A stretch of DNA of 64,000 nucleotides from Eledone cirrhosa (Eukaryota). Made by a program: the position numbers and the translations under genes. Where the stretch lies: NCBI GenBank assembly GCA_964016885.1, contig OZ024742.1, positions 8,804,001 through 8,868,000 of the forward strand, read 5' to 3'. Positions 25,671 through 38,428 of this stretch are shown one piece after another (the stretch's first letter is position 1; every line of letters begins with the position of its first letter). The notes beneath the pieces are model-generated. The model ran no database searches, was not told where the DNA came from, and saw nothing but the letters and a program-made list of their open reading frames with translations.

Positions 25671-26374
25671 ATATGCGACTGCATCGAGTGCTCACCCGGC
25701 ACCCCGCCTACGGACGCAATGATCTTGCACCTATAAACCAATATATATATATAGATATATATATAAAATCAAGGTCTAGCAAATAGAGAAAAAGTTTTTA
25801 ATAAATTTTAAAAAATTCGCTGTACTTACTATATGTGCCTTTACCGCGGTTTCATGCTTCAGAATAAACGGAAAATCCAAGCGGATTTCCATTGAGAAGG
25901 GAGCAATCTTCAGAAGGTTCTTCTCCCTCGGAGAATATAAAATTCCCGAGTTCAAATCACAAACTGACGCCATACAAAACCATTCCCAAATGAGAGCGGA
26001 TGATGAGAGAAATCATTCTGCCTGGTGCCGTGTGCAAAGACAAAGGGAGGGTGGACAGGTCAATGTCCTGCCACTAGAAATAGCAGCAGTCCAAACGGCC
26101 AACATTTTATCTCTACCTTAGAGAGAGATCAATAATAATAAAGTATGAATTCCTACGTGTAAAAAATACATATAGGGAAACAAGTATTATCCAAACGTAT
26201 GCCAATGTGGTTCTATGGCGGGTTATATATATATATATTCATGTATATATCCCAGGGGTGTAACGTGAAGTTACTGTAAGTTCATCCAGGCGAGCACGCA
26301 ATGTGTAGAGCTAGTCAGAGTGTAATATAATAATACAGGGACGATTTCTTAAACCTTCATTACGCTTATTGATT

Positions 26375-26459
26375 GGTGGCACGCGTTTCGCTATTGATCA
26401 GCTCAAGGTTCGATCTGTATCGATCTGGCCCCACCCTGGAATCAAAAGCTCGTCAGACC
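26375..26459 (-). ncRNA. Degenerate hammerhead-ribozyme-like motif, same family
   Basis: GGT-CTGACGA-GCTTTTGAT...ATCAATAGC-GAAAC-GCGT-GCC-ACC; cleavage triplet is GCC rather than GUC. Confidence 0.5.
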
Positions 26460-26991
26460 TCTGTTGTAGTAATGATATATATATATAAATTTACAAATTG
26501 AAGAAACCTCAAATGCAGAAAGTAATTGTAATTACAAGTGATTGCCAAAAATAATGAGTTATATAATAGCTTATAGACAAGACAACGTGGCCAACAGCCG
26601 CTACAATAGGAAGCAACTCTATACCTTACAACTACAATCTACACTTAAGGTTATATTATATCTCACTGAGGAGTTTTCATGAAACCGAAAGACGTCCAGT
26701 GTTATCAGAATTCTGTTAAAGATTTAAGTTACTTCCCGCTGTATTCCATATTTAATTGGTTTTAATCAGTTAAAAGTGCCACCTTTCTCCACTGGAATTA
26801 ATTAGTTATTTAGATATTGGTATTCTTCATCACTAAAAGTGTAATAGTAATTATTGTAATTACAATCTAGTCAAGCGTCGTATTACCATTAACTATTCTA
26901 AAATGGCTGCCGGCTAGATGATTGATTGTCTCTATACTTAGCTACATCATCCTCCATAGATAGAGATATATAAGTGGATATATATATACAT

Positions 26992-26993
<2 letters not shown>

Positions 26994-27034
<41 letters not shown>
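26994..27034. repeat. (GATA)n microsatellite abutting the 3' end of Tx1 copy 2
   Basis: Directly visible. Confidence 0.95.
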
Positions 27035-27035
27035 C

Positions 27036-30000
27036 ATTTATTTATTAGCCACAAGGGTACAAAAGAATGGGACAAATACAAATGGGGAGTTTACATACAG
27101 GTATATGAAAATAAAACTATTAATACAATAACAAATAACAATTGAAATCCCCAATATGGGGGAGGTGTTACACAGGGGTTGTACACATCCCGAAAAAATG
27201 TACAACCTTCATCTCCAGGAGCACCAACAGTGAGTACTCCCTTCCTCTCTTCCTCTTTTTCCTCAACCTACAGGCTTATATAGAGAGAAGGCCCAACCAA
27301 TCGGGCCATCTTTGCTACTTTCACCCACCTTTTATCAAATTTGCTGGTGTACATCACCTCTCTCTCCATTCTGATTCTTCTTCCAAAATGATATTTGAAA
27401 AAACGAATCAGTTGTTCGCTGGTGAGAAAGGTGTCTGACCTCAGCCCGTTTAACCACGTCCACCATATAACCTCTTTCACCATAGCCATAACACATAGGA
27501 AAACCGCTTCTCCCTCGTTTTTGAAGGAGGGTGGCGGTTTGATCATGACAATGGACTCGGTGGTCAACTGGAGTGGTCCCAGCCGCGACAATAGTCGTTC
27601 TACATAGCCCCACAGGTCGGGAACATCCGGGCAGTGTACAAATGCGTGTGCGCCGGTTTCCTCGTCGCGCACGCATCACGGACAGATCTTTTTCGAAGGC
27701 TCCCTACCTGGGCGCCCGTGCCTGTAGAGCTTGTCTCGAACTGGTAGAGCTCACCGGTAGCACTGCCAGGCCAGGGACTTTTGGAAGGAATTTTACAAAG
27801 GAATTGGAAGAGCTCGCGCTCCATTTTGGTGAGCGTTTTGGCTGGACAAGGCATGACAGTCAAGCGGTAGTAGATGACGGGCGCTATAAAAGTGTTCGCC
27901 ACCTCCGCTCGACCTTTCAAGGATAGTTTGCACTCGGCCCACTTCTGGGTGAGCGCAAATACCTTGGCCGTCACCTCGTTCCAGTTCTTCTCCACATGGA
28001 AGTCCGGACCAAACCAGACCCCGAGCAGCTTTACCGGTCCTTCCGTCCAGCGTCCGACGACGTCATCGGAAGGCATCGGTTTTCCTCTCAAGGTTCCGAG
28101 TTGCAAACCGATGGATTTGTCCCGGTTCAGCTTCGCTCCTGTGAACCTTTCGTATTCCTCCAGTAAGGTGCCGATCTCTACGATTTGCGAGGTGCTCGAC
28201 ACCATTACTGTCAAGTCGCCGCTTTTCGCAGTCCCGGTTCCAAAGGGATGCCCTGCAATAGCTCCAACTTCCGCAGTAGTGGCTAGAGAATCAGTACGTA
28301 CAGAAGGGAGGAGATAGGGCATCCATGTCGGATGGATCTCGTGATATGGAACGGCTCCGAGAGGTAGCCGTTCACCTTGACACTTGAGCAGATGTTGCTG
28401 CTATGCATTGCAGCAATCCAGCCCCTGAACACGGGTCCAAAGCCTGCCGCCTCGAGCACCGCATCCAGGTAACGATGGTCAGCCCTTTCGAAAGTCTTAG
28501 ACTGATCCAAGTTGAACAGGGCCCCATCGAAGCCGAGTTTACACCCTACCCTCTCTATGGTGTATTGCATGAGGTGGAGGTTGTTATGTATGGACCTGGT
28601 CGGGATTGCACAAGTCTGCCACCAGGCTTTCGGCGACAAGCGCCAGCCTCTTTGCCAACACCTTGGCCAAAATCTGTAACTCTGTGTTGAGCAGAGTTAT
28701 GGGCCCGAAGTTGCCTATATCATCGCCCTTATTCTCGACCTTCCTGACTAACGTGATTACGCCCTTGGTCACAGAACTGGGAATTCTCCCGTTCTGCTGC
28801 CAGTTGCAGTAGACCGCTTCCAGGAGACCGTAGAACAAGTCCGGCATTGCTACGTAAAATTCGTAGGGTAGACCGACGAGAACTGGAGATTTGCGTTTTA
28901 TTCGTAGGGTTGACCGACGAGACCTGGAGATTTGCGTTTTCCACATTGGCTCAGCGCGTCCCCTATCTCAGCAGCCGAAATCGGCCTTTCGCAGAACTTC
29001 GCCTCGCTGTCCGAGAGTCGCGGTAGGCCGTCGAGGTATAGACCGAAATCCATAGCGCCTCCCGGCGCGCCGCCCTTCCCGAACAGTTGAGCAAAGTGCC
29101 TCTGAAAGGCCGCGCACATTTGCTTCGGCTCACGCGTTCGTCTTGGTCCTTCCTTCAAAGACCGAATCGTGCACTTGTTGCCACTTTTCGCCTCCGTCAT
29201 TTGGGCCCAGCTAACAGCTTTGGCTCCCTCGTTTCCCAGATCACGTATTTTTCTTCTGACAATGCAGCCTTCCTGATTTGCGCCGAAGAACTGGTCCAAG
29301 CCGTTCTCGTCGCTAGCACGCTGGCTACGTTGCCACTCCTAAGTACCTTTTCTAATTTATCTACCTGTTCCTTTTCGGTCTTATTACTATCTAACACTAA
29401 TTCTTTACTAAAACCTATCGAGTCTAATCTAACAGCCCTTTTGAAAGAGTACCACCATCTATTGTTGACAATGGCCCCCGTCAAGTGCTGTTTAACTAAA
29501 GTGCTAATCCGTCTAATGTAGGCTTTGCATGTCGGTCACGATAAGTTCAGCTTCCAGTAGCCGGGTCTCTGTCTATGGGTTTTGTCAAGGTTGACTAAGC
29601 AGGTCACTAATTTGTGATCTGAATAGGCAACCATGAACATTTGTGGACAGCTTAACATGTCCCTATCCTTCTTTCAAACTAAACCCTATCTAGGTACTAT
29701 CTAGATGTTCCCTAACGATTAGTCCACGTCCACAGTGGCACAGTCGGAAAATCTAGTCGATATCTATCGGCCAGGTCAAATCGACCGATTAACTGTTTGA
29801 GGCTGATACACCCCCCTCTATTGGGACATGCTCCCACATAGTCCCAACGTGCATCTAGTATTCCATTCCAGTCTCCCACTAACAGCAGGGAGCGGGACGT
29901 TCCCAGAAAAGTCTCTAGACGTTTGAAGAAGTCTGGCTGCGGTGTCCCGGATGGGGCATATGCCGCCACCAGCCTGAAGGCTCTACCTTCACTACCGTTA

Positions 30001-30890
30001 ACGTCTAGGACCACCAGTCGACTCTCCGAGTCCAGATGTACCGTCTGTGTTACGAGGTCCAGGTGTTTCCGCAGCAAAACGGCAACCCCACCCCCACCTC
30101 CCGGCTGACAGAGAGATGCGTAGATCTCAAAGTCGTCGAAGAGGGGGTCCAGTTGTCGCTCGCTGTGGATCCTGGACTCGCAAATGGCTACTACATCCAT
30201 ACTGTGCGACCTGAGGTTGTTTAAGAGTTTGCCCTGTTTCCAGGGCTTCCCCAGGCCGCGTACATTCACACATCCAACTCTTATATTGGCCGTGTTGGTG
30301 CTGAAAAGTTAAAAGAAGAGGAAAATAAATCACTCACCACTTCGTCTCCTGGGGACCAGGCTGCACAATTTCCATGGGGGTGTTAGAGGGGTTGTTTGAT
30401 GGGGTGGTGGTCTCTGGCGGGGTGGGGACGGATATGTTTGATGGGGAGGGGTGTAAGATGGGGGTGGAGGTGTCTGGGGTGGGAGAGTCTGGTGTGGTGT
30501 GGGCAAACATTTCAAAAGGACGCGGTTATAGGGTTTGACGCAAGGGTTACCTACGTCGTTAGGAAATTTTTCTTTTAACTGTTTATGTGTGTCCATGGAG
30601 GTCCTAATCGTTTTAAGATTAGGATTCTCCGAAGAATGTGTAAAACATTTCCCTTCGGTCTCCACCGAAGGGTTTTTATATATGGTGTTTGTTACAGTTC
30701 TATTGTTAGTATTTATGTAGGTGTAACATTTTTGTTGTGTTGTGTTGCTTTTTACTGGGGTTATTGTGTGTGTTTACGTTTTGTAGTAGGTGTTTTGTTT
30801 TCAGGAGGGGGTGTTTTTGTTTGTGCTGTTTGCGTCGCTTGTGTTGGTGTTTGTGTGTTTGTTGAATTTTTGTTTGTGTTATGTCTTTTC
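27036..30890 (-). mobile_element. Tx1 copy 2 (subfamily B), 5'-truncated, degenerate
   Basis: Minus-strand ORF pieces homologous to copy 1 (NVRGLG, LLVGDWNG, GPITLLNTE, ERWVK-like C-terminus ending YISL). ORF2 start is mutated to ACG; internal deletion near 27785; ~40-bp tandem duplication at ~28860-28940. Confidence 0.92.
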
Positions 30891-30936
30891 TCAGACTTAG
30901 TTACTACTTGTCAAATATCATTACTTGATATAAAGA

Positions 30937-31023
30937 TAATTGTTTCTACTTTTGGCACAAGGCCAACAATTATCTCAGTGCATTACTGGTACTTTATTTT
31001 ATCGACCCCGTAAGGATGAAAGG
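30937..31023 (-). mobile_element. SINE 3' half
   Basis: Near-identical to 13087-13172. Confidence 0.85.
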
Positions 31024-31030
31024 AAATATA

Positions 31031-31124
31031 ATGTTGTTGTGATTGATGATATTGATGATGATGTTGTTTTTGTTGACGATAGTGATGAGGTTGTTGTTGT
31101 TGTTGTTGACGAGAGTGATAAAGA

Positions 31125-31202
<78 letters not shown>

Positions 31203-31217
31203 GGTTGTTGTTGTTGC
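31031..31217. repeat. (GTT)n/(GAT)n microsatellite
   Basis: Directly visible. Confidence 0.95.
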
Positions 31218-31264
31218 TTTGTTTCTTTGACTTATGACCAACCACAATTGAGCAGATTTAACGA

Positions 31265-32500
31265 CAGTAACCAATAGTGACCACCAGTAACCAATAGTGA
31301 CAAGTAGTAAGCAATAGTGACCAGTAGTAACCAACTGTGACCACCAGTAACCAATATTGACCACCAGTAACCAATAGTGACTACCAGTAACCAATAGTGA
31401 CCACCTGTAACCAATAGTGAACAGTAGTAACCAATAGTGACCACCAGTAACCAACAGTGGCCAGCAGTAACCAATAGTGACTACCAGTAACCAATAGTGA
31501 CCTGTAGTAACCAATAGTGACCAGTAGTAACCAACTGTCACCATCAGTAACCAATAGTGACCAGTAGTAACCAATAGTGAACAGTAGTAACCAATAGTGA
31601 ACAGTAGTAACCAACAGTGGCCAGCAGTAACCAATAGTGACCACCAGTAACCAATAGTGACCTGTAGTAACCAATAGTGACCAGTAGTAACCAACTGTGA
31701 CCACCAGTAACAAATAGTGACCAGTAGTAACCAACTGTGACCACCAGTAACAAATAGTGACCAGTAGTAACCAACTGTGACCACCAGTAACAAATAGTGA
31801 CCAGTAGTAACCAACTGTGACCACCAGTAACAAATAGTGACCAGTAGTAACCAACTGTGACCACCAGTAACAAATAGTGACCAGTAGTAACCAACTGTGA
31901 CCACCAGTAACAAATAGTGACCAGTAGTAACCAACTGTGACCACCAGTAACCAATAGTGAGCACCTGTAACCAATAGTGACTAGTAGTAACCAACTGTGA
32001 CCACCAGTAACCAATAGTGACCACCAGTAACCAATAGTGACCACCAGTAAACAATAGTGACCACCTGTAACCAATAGTGAACAGTAGTAACCAATAGTGA
32101 CCACCAGTAACCAATAGTGACCACCAGTAACCAATAGTGAACAGTAGTAACCAATAGTGACCACCTGTAACCAATAGTGACCACCAGTAACCAATAGTGA
32201 CCACCAGTAACCAATAGTGAACAGTAGTAACCAATAGTGACCACCAGTAACCAATAGTGACCACTAGTAACCAATAGTGAACAGTAGTAAGCAATAGTGA
32301 CCACCAGTAACCAATAGTGAACAGTAGTAACCAATAGTGACCACCAGTAACCAATAGTGACCACCAGTAACCAATAGTGAACAGTAGTAACCAATAGTGA
32401 ACAGTAGTAACCAACAGTGGCCAGCAGTAACCAATAGTGACCACCAGTAAACAATAGTGACCTTTAGTAACCAATAGTGACCAACTGTAACCAATAGTAA
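31265..32500. repeat. 20-bp minisatellite, about 62 units
   Basis: Unit GTAACCAATAGTGACCA(CCA/GTA); a homogeneous 40-bp dimer sub-array lies at ~31680-31940. Confidence 0.97.
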
Positions 32501-32514
32501 CTGCTATCACTGAC

Positions 32515-32889
32515 ACACACTCTCTCTCTCCATCTCTCTTCTATGACCGCTTTATCACTCCCTTCTTCATGTCTATCCTTCTCTCTCACTCTCTTTCTCA
32601 CTGTCTCTTACTCTCTCCCTCTCACTTCTATGACCTCTTTATCCCTCTCTTCTTCCTCTCTATCCTTCTCTCTCACTCTCTCTCTCTATCTTTCTCGCCT
32701 TCTTTTCTTTACTTCCTCATTTTCTCCAAACTTTTCCATCAGTCTACCTCTCCCTCTTCCCCACTCTCTTCTTCTCCTTATCTTCTATCTTATTCCCTCT
32801 CTCTCTCTCTCTCTTTCTCACTTCCCCCCAATCCAATTTTCTCGCTCTTTCTCTCTATTTTTTCGTTTTTTCTCCTTCCTCACTCACAG

Positions 32890-32972
<83 letters not shown>

Positions 32973-33112
32973 CCTTCCTCACTCACAGCTTCTATCACTC
33001 GTCCTCTCTCTCACCTTTCCCACATACAGCTTCTCTCTCTCAACCTTCTTTTGCCTCTCCCTCCCTATCTTTCTATCCACCCATCTATCTATTCATCTAT
33101 CCACCTATATCT
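32515..33112. repeat. Pyrimidine-rich (TC)n low-complexity tract ending in degenerate (TATC)n
   Basis: Directly visible. Confidence 0.85.
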
Positions 33113-33114
33113 TC

Positions 33115-36100
33115 TGTCTGGGATGGACACGTGTTAAACTTGCTCGGTAATTTTTGTTTAAATTTCCATAGAAATTCGTCATTGCGAACTTTTAATTTTA
33201 TACCAATTTGTAGAGGGACTGACAGGTCAAATTTTGATCTGGTCAGTCCTCCAAAATATCGTGCCCCTCAGGGCAAAAACATCCAAAATATTTTTGCAAA
33301 ACAGTACATTTAAAAAAAAATGGCCGAAGCACCTACTTCTTTGCCAAAACAAGAAGATGGGAAGAGAAAACCATGCCTACTTGACCAGCAGGTAGTAGCA
33401 GACATGGACAAAGAAAGGCCAACATCATCGCCTCAACATCTAGCTGCTTGTAAGCAACTGAACACGCCTGACGTCACAAACGTCACATGTATCCCACACA
33501 CAGAAAAATATATATGTAGTAAACACTTCCTTTCGTAAAGAAATGGAAATTCACAAAACAAAAAATGAAAATAACAGCCCACAACAGACACCAAAAAATA
33601 CAGAAAATGAAAAAATTGAAAACACATCCAACAATACCAATCACAAAAGAAAACAATGTCAACACAAACACCAAAGAAAATACAAACAACAGTGATAACA
33701 ACAACAGCAACATTTCTTTTGCTGATACCGTAAAAAAAACGGAAATATTTCAACTTTTGGATTTAACCAACGCGAAACAAAAGTTGGAAGATGCTAAACA
33801 ATATGTGACTTTTGGACCCAATGGGTCATTTAGCATAAATTCACCACAAGAACTAAGGAGAGAAAATGCCCTGAACACAGTGGTTTTCAGAACAATCTCA
33901 AATGCATCAAAAAAACCAGCTCAACTATCTCAGAGTGAGATTGAGCTAGTATTAAGGAACCACATGGATAACATTTTATTTATTCAGAAAGCCAAACTTT
34001 TCGGAAGCATCTCGGTGCTAATAAAAAACAACATAACAGCACAAAAATATTCCATCGCGCCCATTGTGTCCACCCATTTTACATTTTTCCCTACATACAT
34101 GGGAAAAAGAACGCAAAAAATAAAAATTACATGCATAAGACCCAAAGTAGATATTTGGTGGATACTTTATGGCCTAATTGACTTTGAACAAGACATTTTG
34201 ATCTTAGTAGGAAAATCCTCCAGAGATATATTTAGTGGGACTAGCGTCGAAATTCTGGTGCAGATGAGCCCAGAACACTGATGGAGACCATCAGAAACAA
34301 CCCTTTGGTCAAAACCGAAGGGAAAACTTTGGATAACTCCAACAAAAAGAAAAAAATGAACCTAAAACTGATCAGGGTCCCTATAGTAACTTATAGATCC
34401 CTAAAAGAAGCATTTGTAGAGGACGTGGGGAATTCCTGCGTGAAACCAATCAACTGCGTCCTCTACAAAGGCCTCCCAACAAGTCATCCCCACCCCACCA
34501 GACACCCCTTCCAAACCAAACACCTCCGTCCCCACCCCGCCATGAACCACCACCCCACCCAACAACCCATCCCACACCCTCATGGAAATTGTGCAGCCCG
34601 ATACCCGGGACGCAGAGAGGTAAGTGCCTTTTTCTACACCACCAACATGACAATGCTAAGAGTAGGCTGTTTAAATGCGCGTGGCCTGGGCTCAACTTGG
34701 AAGCAAGCAATGCTTCTAAATGATCTCGGTCACAACGTATAGATGTGATGGTTATTTGCGAGACCCGGATCAGCAGCGTGCGACAGCTGGCCCCCACCTT
34801 TGATGACTTTGAGATGCACGCATCTCTCTGTCAGCCCGGAGGTGGGGGCAGGGTTGTCGTTCTGCTGCAAAAACATCTGGGTCTCGCAACACAGATGGTA
34901 CATTTGGACCCGGAGGGTCGACTAGTGGTTCTGGACCTTGGAGGTGGTGAAGGCGGAGCGTTTAGGTTGGTAGCCGCCTACGGCCCTTTCGGGTCAATGC
35001 GGCCGGACTTCTTCCATCGTCTGGAGACTTTTCTAGAGATGTCCCGCTCCTTGCTATTAGTGGGGGACTGGAATGGTATCCTAGATGCACGCTGGGACTA
35101 CGTAGGGGCCTGTCCCGATAGAGAGGGGGTGTAATAGCCTCAAAGGGTTAATCGGTCGATTTGACCTGGCCGATAGATATCGACTAGATTTTAAGACTGC
35201 GACAACCAGGACTTGGGCAAACCGCAGCGGATCATCTAGGTCGTACCTAGATAGGTTCTTAGTTAGAAATAAGGATAAGGACTTTGTAAGTCGTCCAAAA
35301 ATGCTCATGGTTGGCTATTCAAACCACAAGTTAATGACCTGCATGGTCAACCTTGATAGAACGCATAGACAGGGACCGGTTACTGGAAGCTCAACTTGTC
35401 CTTTCCGGCAAGTAAGGCTTACAGGGACCGCATTAGCACTTTAGTTAAGGAGCGGTTGACGGGCGCCATCGTCAACAGCAGGTGGTGGGGATCTCTCAAA
35501 AGAGAGATTAGAGTAGTCTCTATAGAATTTAGTAAGGAGTTAGCCTCCAATAGAAATAGGAAGGAAAGGGAGTTGATAGATAGTGTAGAAGAGGCAATTA
35601 GAAGCGGCGACGTGGCCAGAGTGCTAGCGTCGAGAACGGCCCTGGGCCAGTTCTTCGACGCGAAACACGAAGGTTGCATCGTCCGAAGCAAAATACGTGC
35701 TCTGGGAAACGAGGGGACCAAAGCTGTTAGCTGGGCCCGCGTGACAGAAGCCAAAATAGGGAGTAGATCCACAATCCGGTCTTTACGGGACCAGGACGAA
35801 CGGGTGATCCTTGAACCTAAGCAGATGTGCGAGGCTTCTCAAAAGCACTTTGCCAGATTGTTCGGAAGGGGCGAGGGGCCGGTTGGGGATGTGGACTTCG
35901 GTCCATACCTCGACGGCCTGCCGCGTCTCTCGGACAGGCAGGCGAAGTCCTGCGAGGAGCCGATTTCTGCCGCTGAGATAGAGGACGTGCTGAGCCAATG
36001 CGGCAAACGCAAATCTCCGGGTCTCGATGGTCTTCCATACGAACTATATCTAGCTATGCCGGACTTGTTCCCCGATCTCCTCGAGGCGGTCTACTGCAAC

Positions 36101-38344
36101 TGGCGACAGAACGGGAGAATTCCCTGTGCTGTGACCAAGGGCGTAGTCATGATAGTGAGGAAGGACGAGAACAAGGGGGACGATATAAATAATTTCAGGC
36201 CCATAACTCTGCTAAATACAGAGTTACAGATTTTGGCCAAGGTGCTAGCAAAGAGGTTGGCGCTTGTCGTAGGCAACCTGGTGGGAGATGCGCAGACATG
36301 CGCTATCCCGTCCAGGTCCATCCACGACAACATCCACCTCATGCGATACATCATAGAGAGGGTTGGGAACGAACCCGGCTTTGGTGGGGCCCTGATCAAC
36401 TTGGATCAATCTAAGGCGTTCGATAGGGTCGACTATGGTTACCTGGATGCGGTGCTAGTGGCGGCAGGCTTCGGACCCGTTTTCAGGGGCTGGATGAATG
36501 CCATGCACAGCAGCCGCATCTGCTCTAGGGTCAAGGTGAACGGCTACCTCTTGGAGCCGTTCGAAATCGCGCGGTCCATCCGACAAGGGTGCCCTCTCTC
36601 CTCCCTTCTGTATGTAATGACTCTAGAGCCACTGCTGCGGAAGTTGGAGTTGTTGCAGGGAATCCCGTTGGAACGGGGATTGCGGAAAGCGGTGTCGGCT
36701 TACGCCGACGACGTAACAGTAATGATGTAGACGGCCTCGGAAATCGGGGCGATCGGCACCTTACTGGAGGAGTACGAAAGTTTTACAGGGGCTAAGCTGA
36801 ACCGGGACAAGTCGATCGGTCTGCAACTCGGCACGTGGAGGGGCAGATCGATGCCCTCCGATGGCGTCGTCGGGCGCTGGACGGAGGGCCCGGTGAAGTT
36901 GCTCGGGGTCTGGTTCAGACCAGACCTCCAGGTGGAGAAGAACTGGGGTGCGATAACGAACAGGGTGTTTGCACTGACCAAGAAGTGGGCCGAGTGCAAA
37001 CTATCCCTGAACGCTTATATAGCGAACACTTATATAGCGTCCGTCATCTACTGCCGCCTGACCGTTATGCCTTGCCCAAGGGAAACGCTCGCCAAAATGG
37101 AGCGCGCACTCTTCCAATTCCTTTGGAAGAAGCGGGCTCCTATGGTGAGGAGATCCATCTGCTGTCAACACCCTTCGAAAGGAGGGCTGGGGATGCCGTG
37201 GCTAATGATACGTAAACACGTATTAAGGCTACGGCACCTCCAGGTATTCCTCACCGGTCAACCGGTGTGGGTCCCGTTTGTGAGGCGAGCCTTTCCCAGA
37301 CTCGTCTCACTCACCGAGCTGCAATCCTGGGTCAAGCAAAGACCGAGAAAACTGGGTGCCTGGCACACCGAGTGTGCCCAGGCGCTCACGGCTCTCTGGC
37401 AGCCCAACCCGGCTGTCAGTGGAGAATCCACCTCATCATTCTATAGAGGGCTGGTGGTTAGCAGGTGCGACGACGCCCTCGGAGAAGCCCTAGGCATGGA
37501 GAAAACGAACTGGCCAACCTGTTCGGTAGGACATTCAGCCCGGAAACCATGGACAACTTCCAGAGGTCCCTGGCCTGGCAGTGCTACAGAAGGGCTCTAC
37601 CCGTTCGAGAAAGGCTCTACAGACACGGGCGCCCGGGTAGGGACCCCTCGAAAAAGATCTGTCCCAATGCGTGTGCGACGAGGAAACCGTTGCACACGCA
37701 TTGGTACACTGCTCGGGCATTGCCGATCTGTGGGGCTATGTCGAACAACTGCTGTCTTGGGTGGGATCGATCCGGTTGACCACCGAGTCTATTGTAACGA
37801 TCAAGCCGCCTCCCCTCTTCAAAAACGAAAAAAGGCCGTGTTTCTGTGCGTAATAGCCATGGCGAAAGAGGTTGTATGGTGGACGCGTCTGAAAGGACTG
37901 AGGTCAGACACCTTTTTCTCTGGCCAACAACTGGTCCGTTTCTTCCGATATCATTTCGGAAGAAGGATCAGGAGGGAGAAAGAGGTGCTGCACCCCAACC
38001 GTTTTTATGAAAGATGGGTGAAAGTGGCGAGAATGGCCCGTGTGAATGGGCCTTCAATCTACATCAGACTATAGGTGAGGAAGATGAAAAATCAAGGGAG
38101 CACCCCGCCTCTGTGCTCCTGAGGAGAAGGGTTGCACACTTTTTTCGGGGGTGTGTGCGACCCCCCAAGGCGCCTCCTCCCTATTGAGGATTTTGTTATA
38201 AAATTTATTTTGTTATATTTTATTTTATTTTTATACTTTTATATCTTGTTATTGCCTCCTCCATATTGAGGACGCCTTTGCATGTAAACTCCCCCCTTTG
38301 TACTTGTCCCACTTTTGTTGCCCTGGTGGCAAATACAAAGAAAG
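33115..38344 (+). mobile_element. Tx1 copy 3, near full length, defective
   Basis: 5'UTR, ORF1 from ~33320 with a deletion at ~34277 removing the zinc knuckle, ORF2 34647-38074 with frameshifts and stops. ORF2 and 3'UTR closely match copy 1. Confidence 0.92.
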
Positions 38345-38345
<1 letters not shown>

Positions 38346-38422
<77 letters not shown>

Positions 38423-38428
38423 CTCTAT
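38346..38428. repeat. (TATC)n tract between tandem Tx1 copies 3 and 4
   Basis: About 19 perfect units. Confidence 0.97.

Noticed and set aside
26662-26701. Hammerhead-like CTGAGGA..GAAA motif (also a CTCATGA..GAAAC motif near 19767)
   Set aside because: Stem I and stem III cannot be formed convincingly; too degenerate to call.
30994-33313. ORFs over the 20-bp array, (GTT)n and (TC)n; poly-Asn as a possible 5' part of Tx1 copy 2 ORF1
   Set aside because: Repeat translations. The (AAC)n tract is separated from copy 2 by a SINE and lacks recognisable ORF1 sequence.
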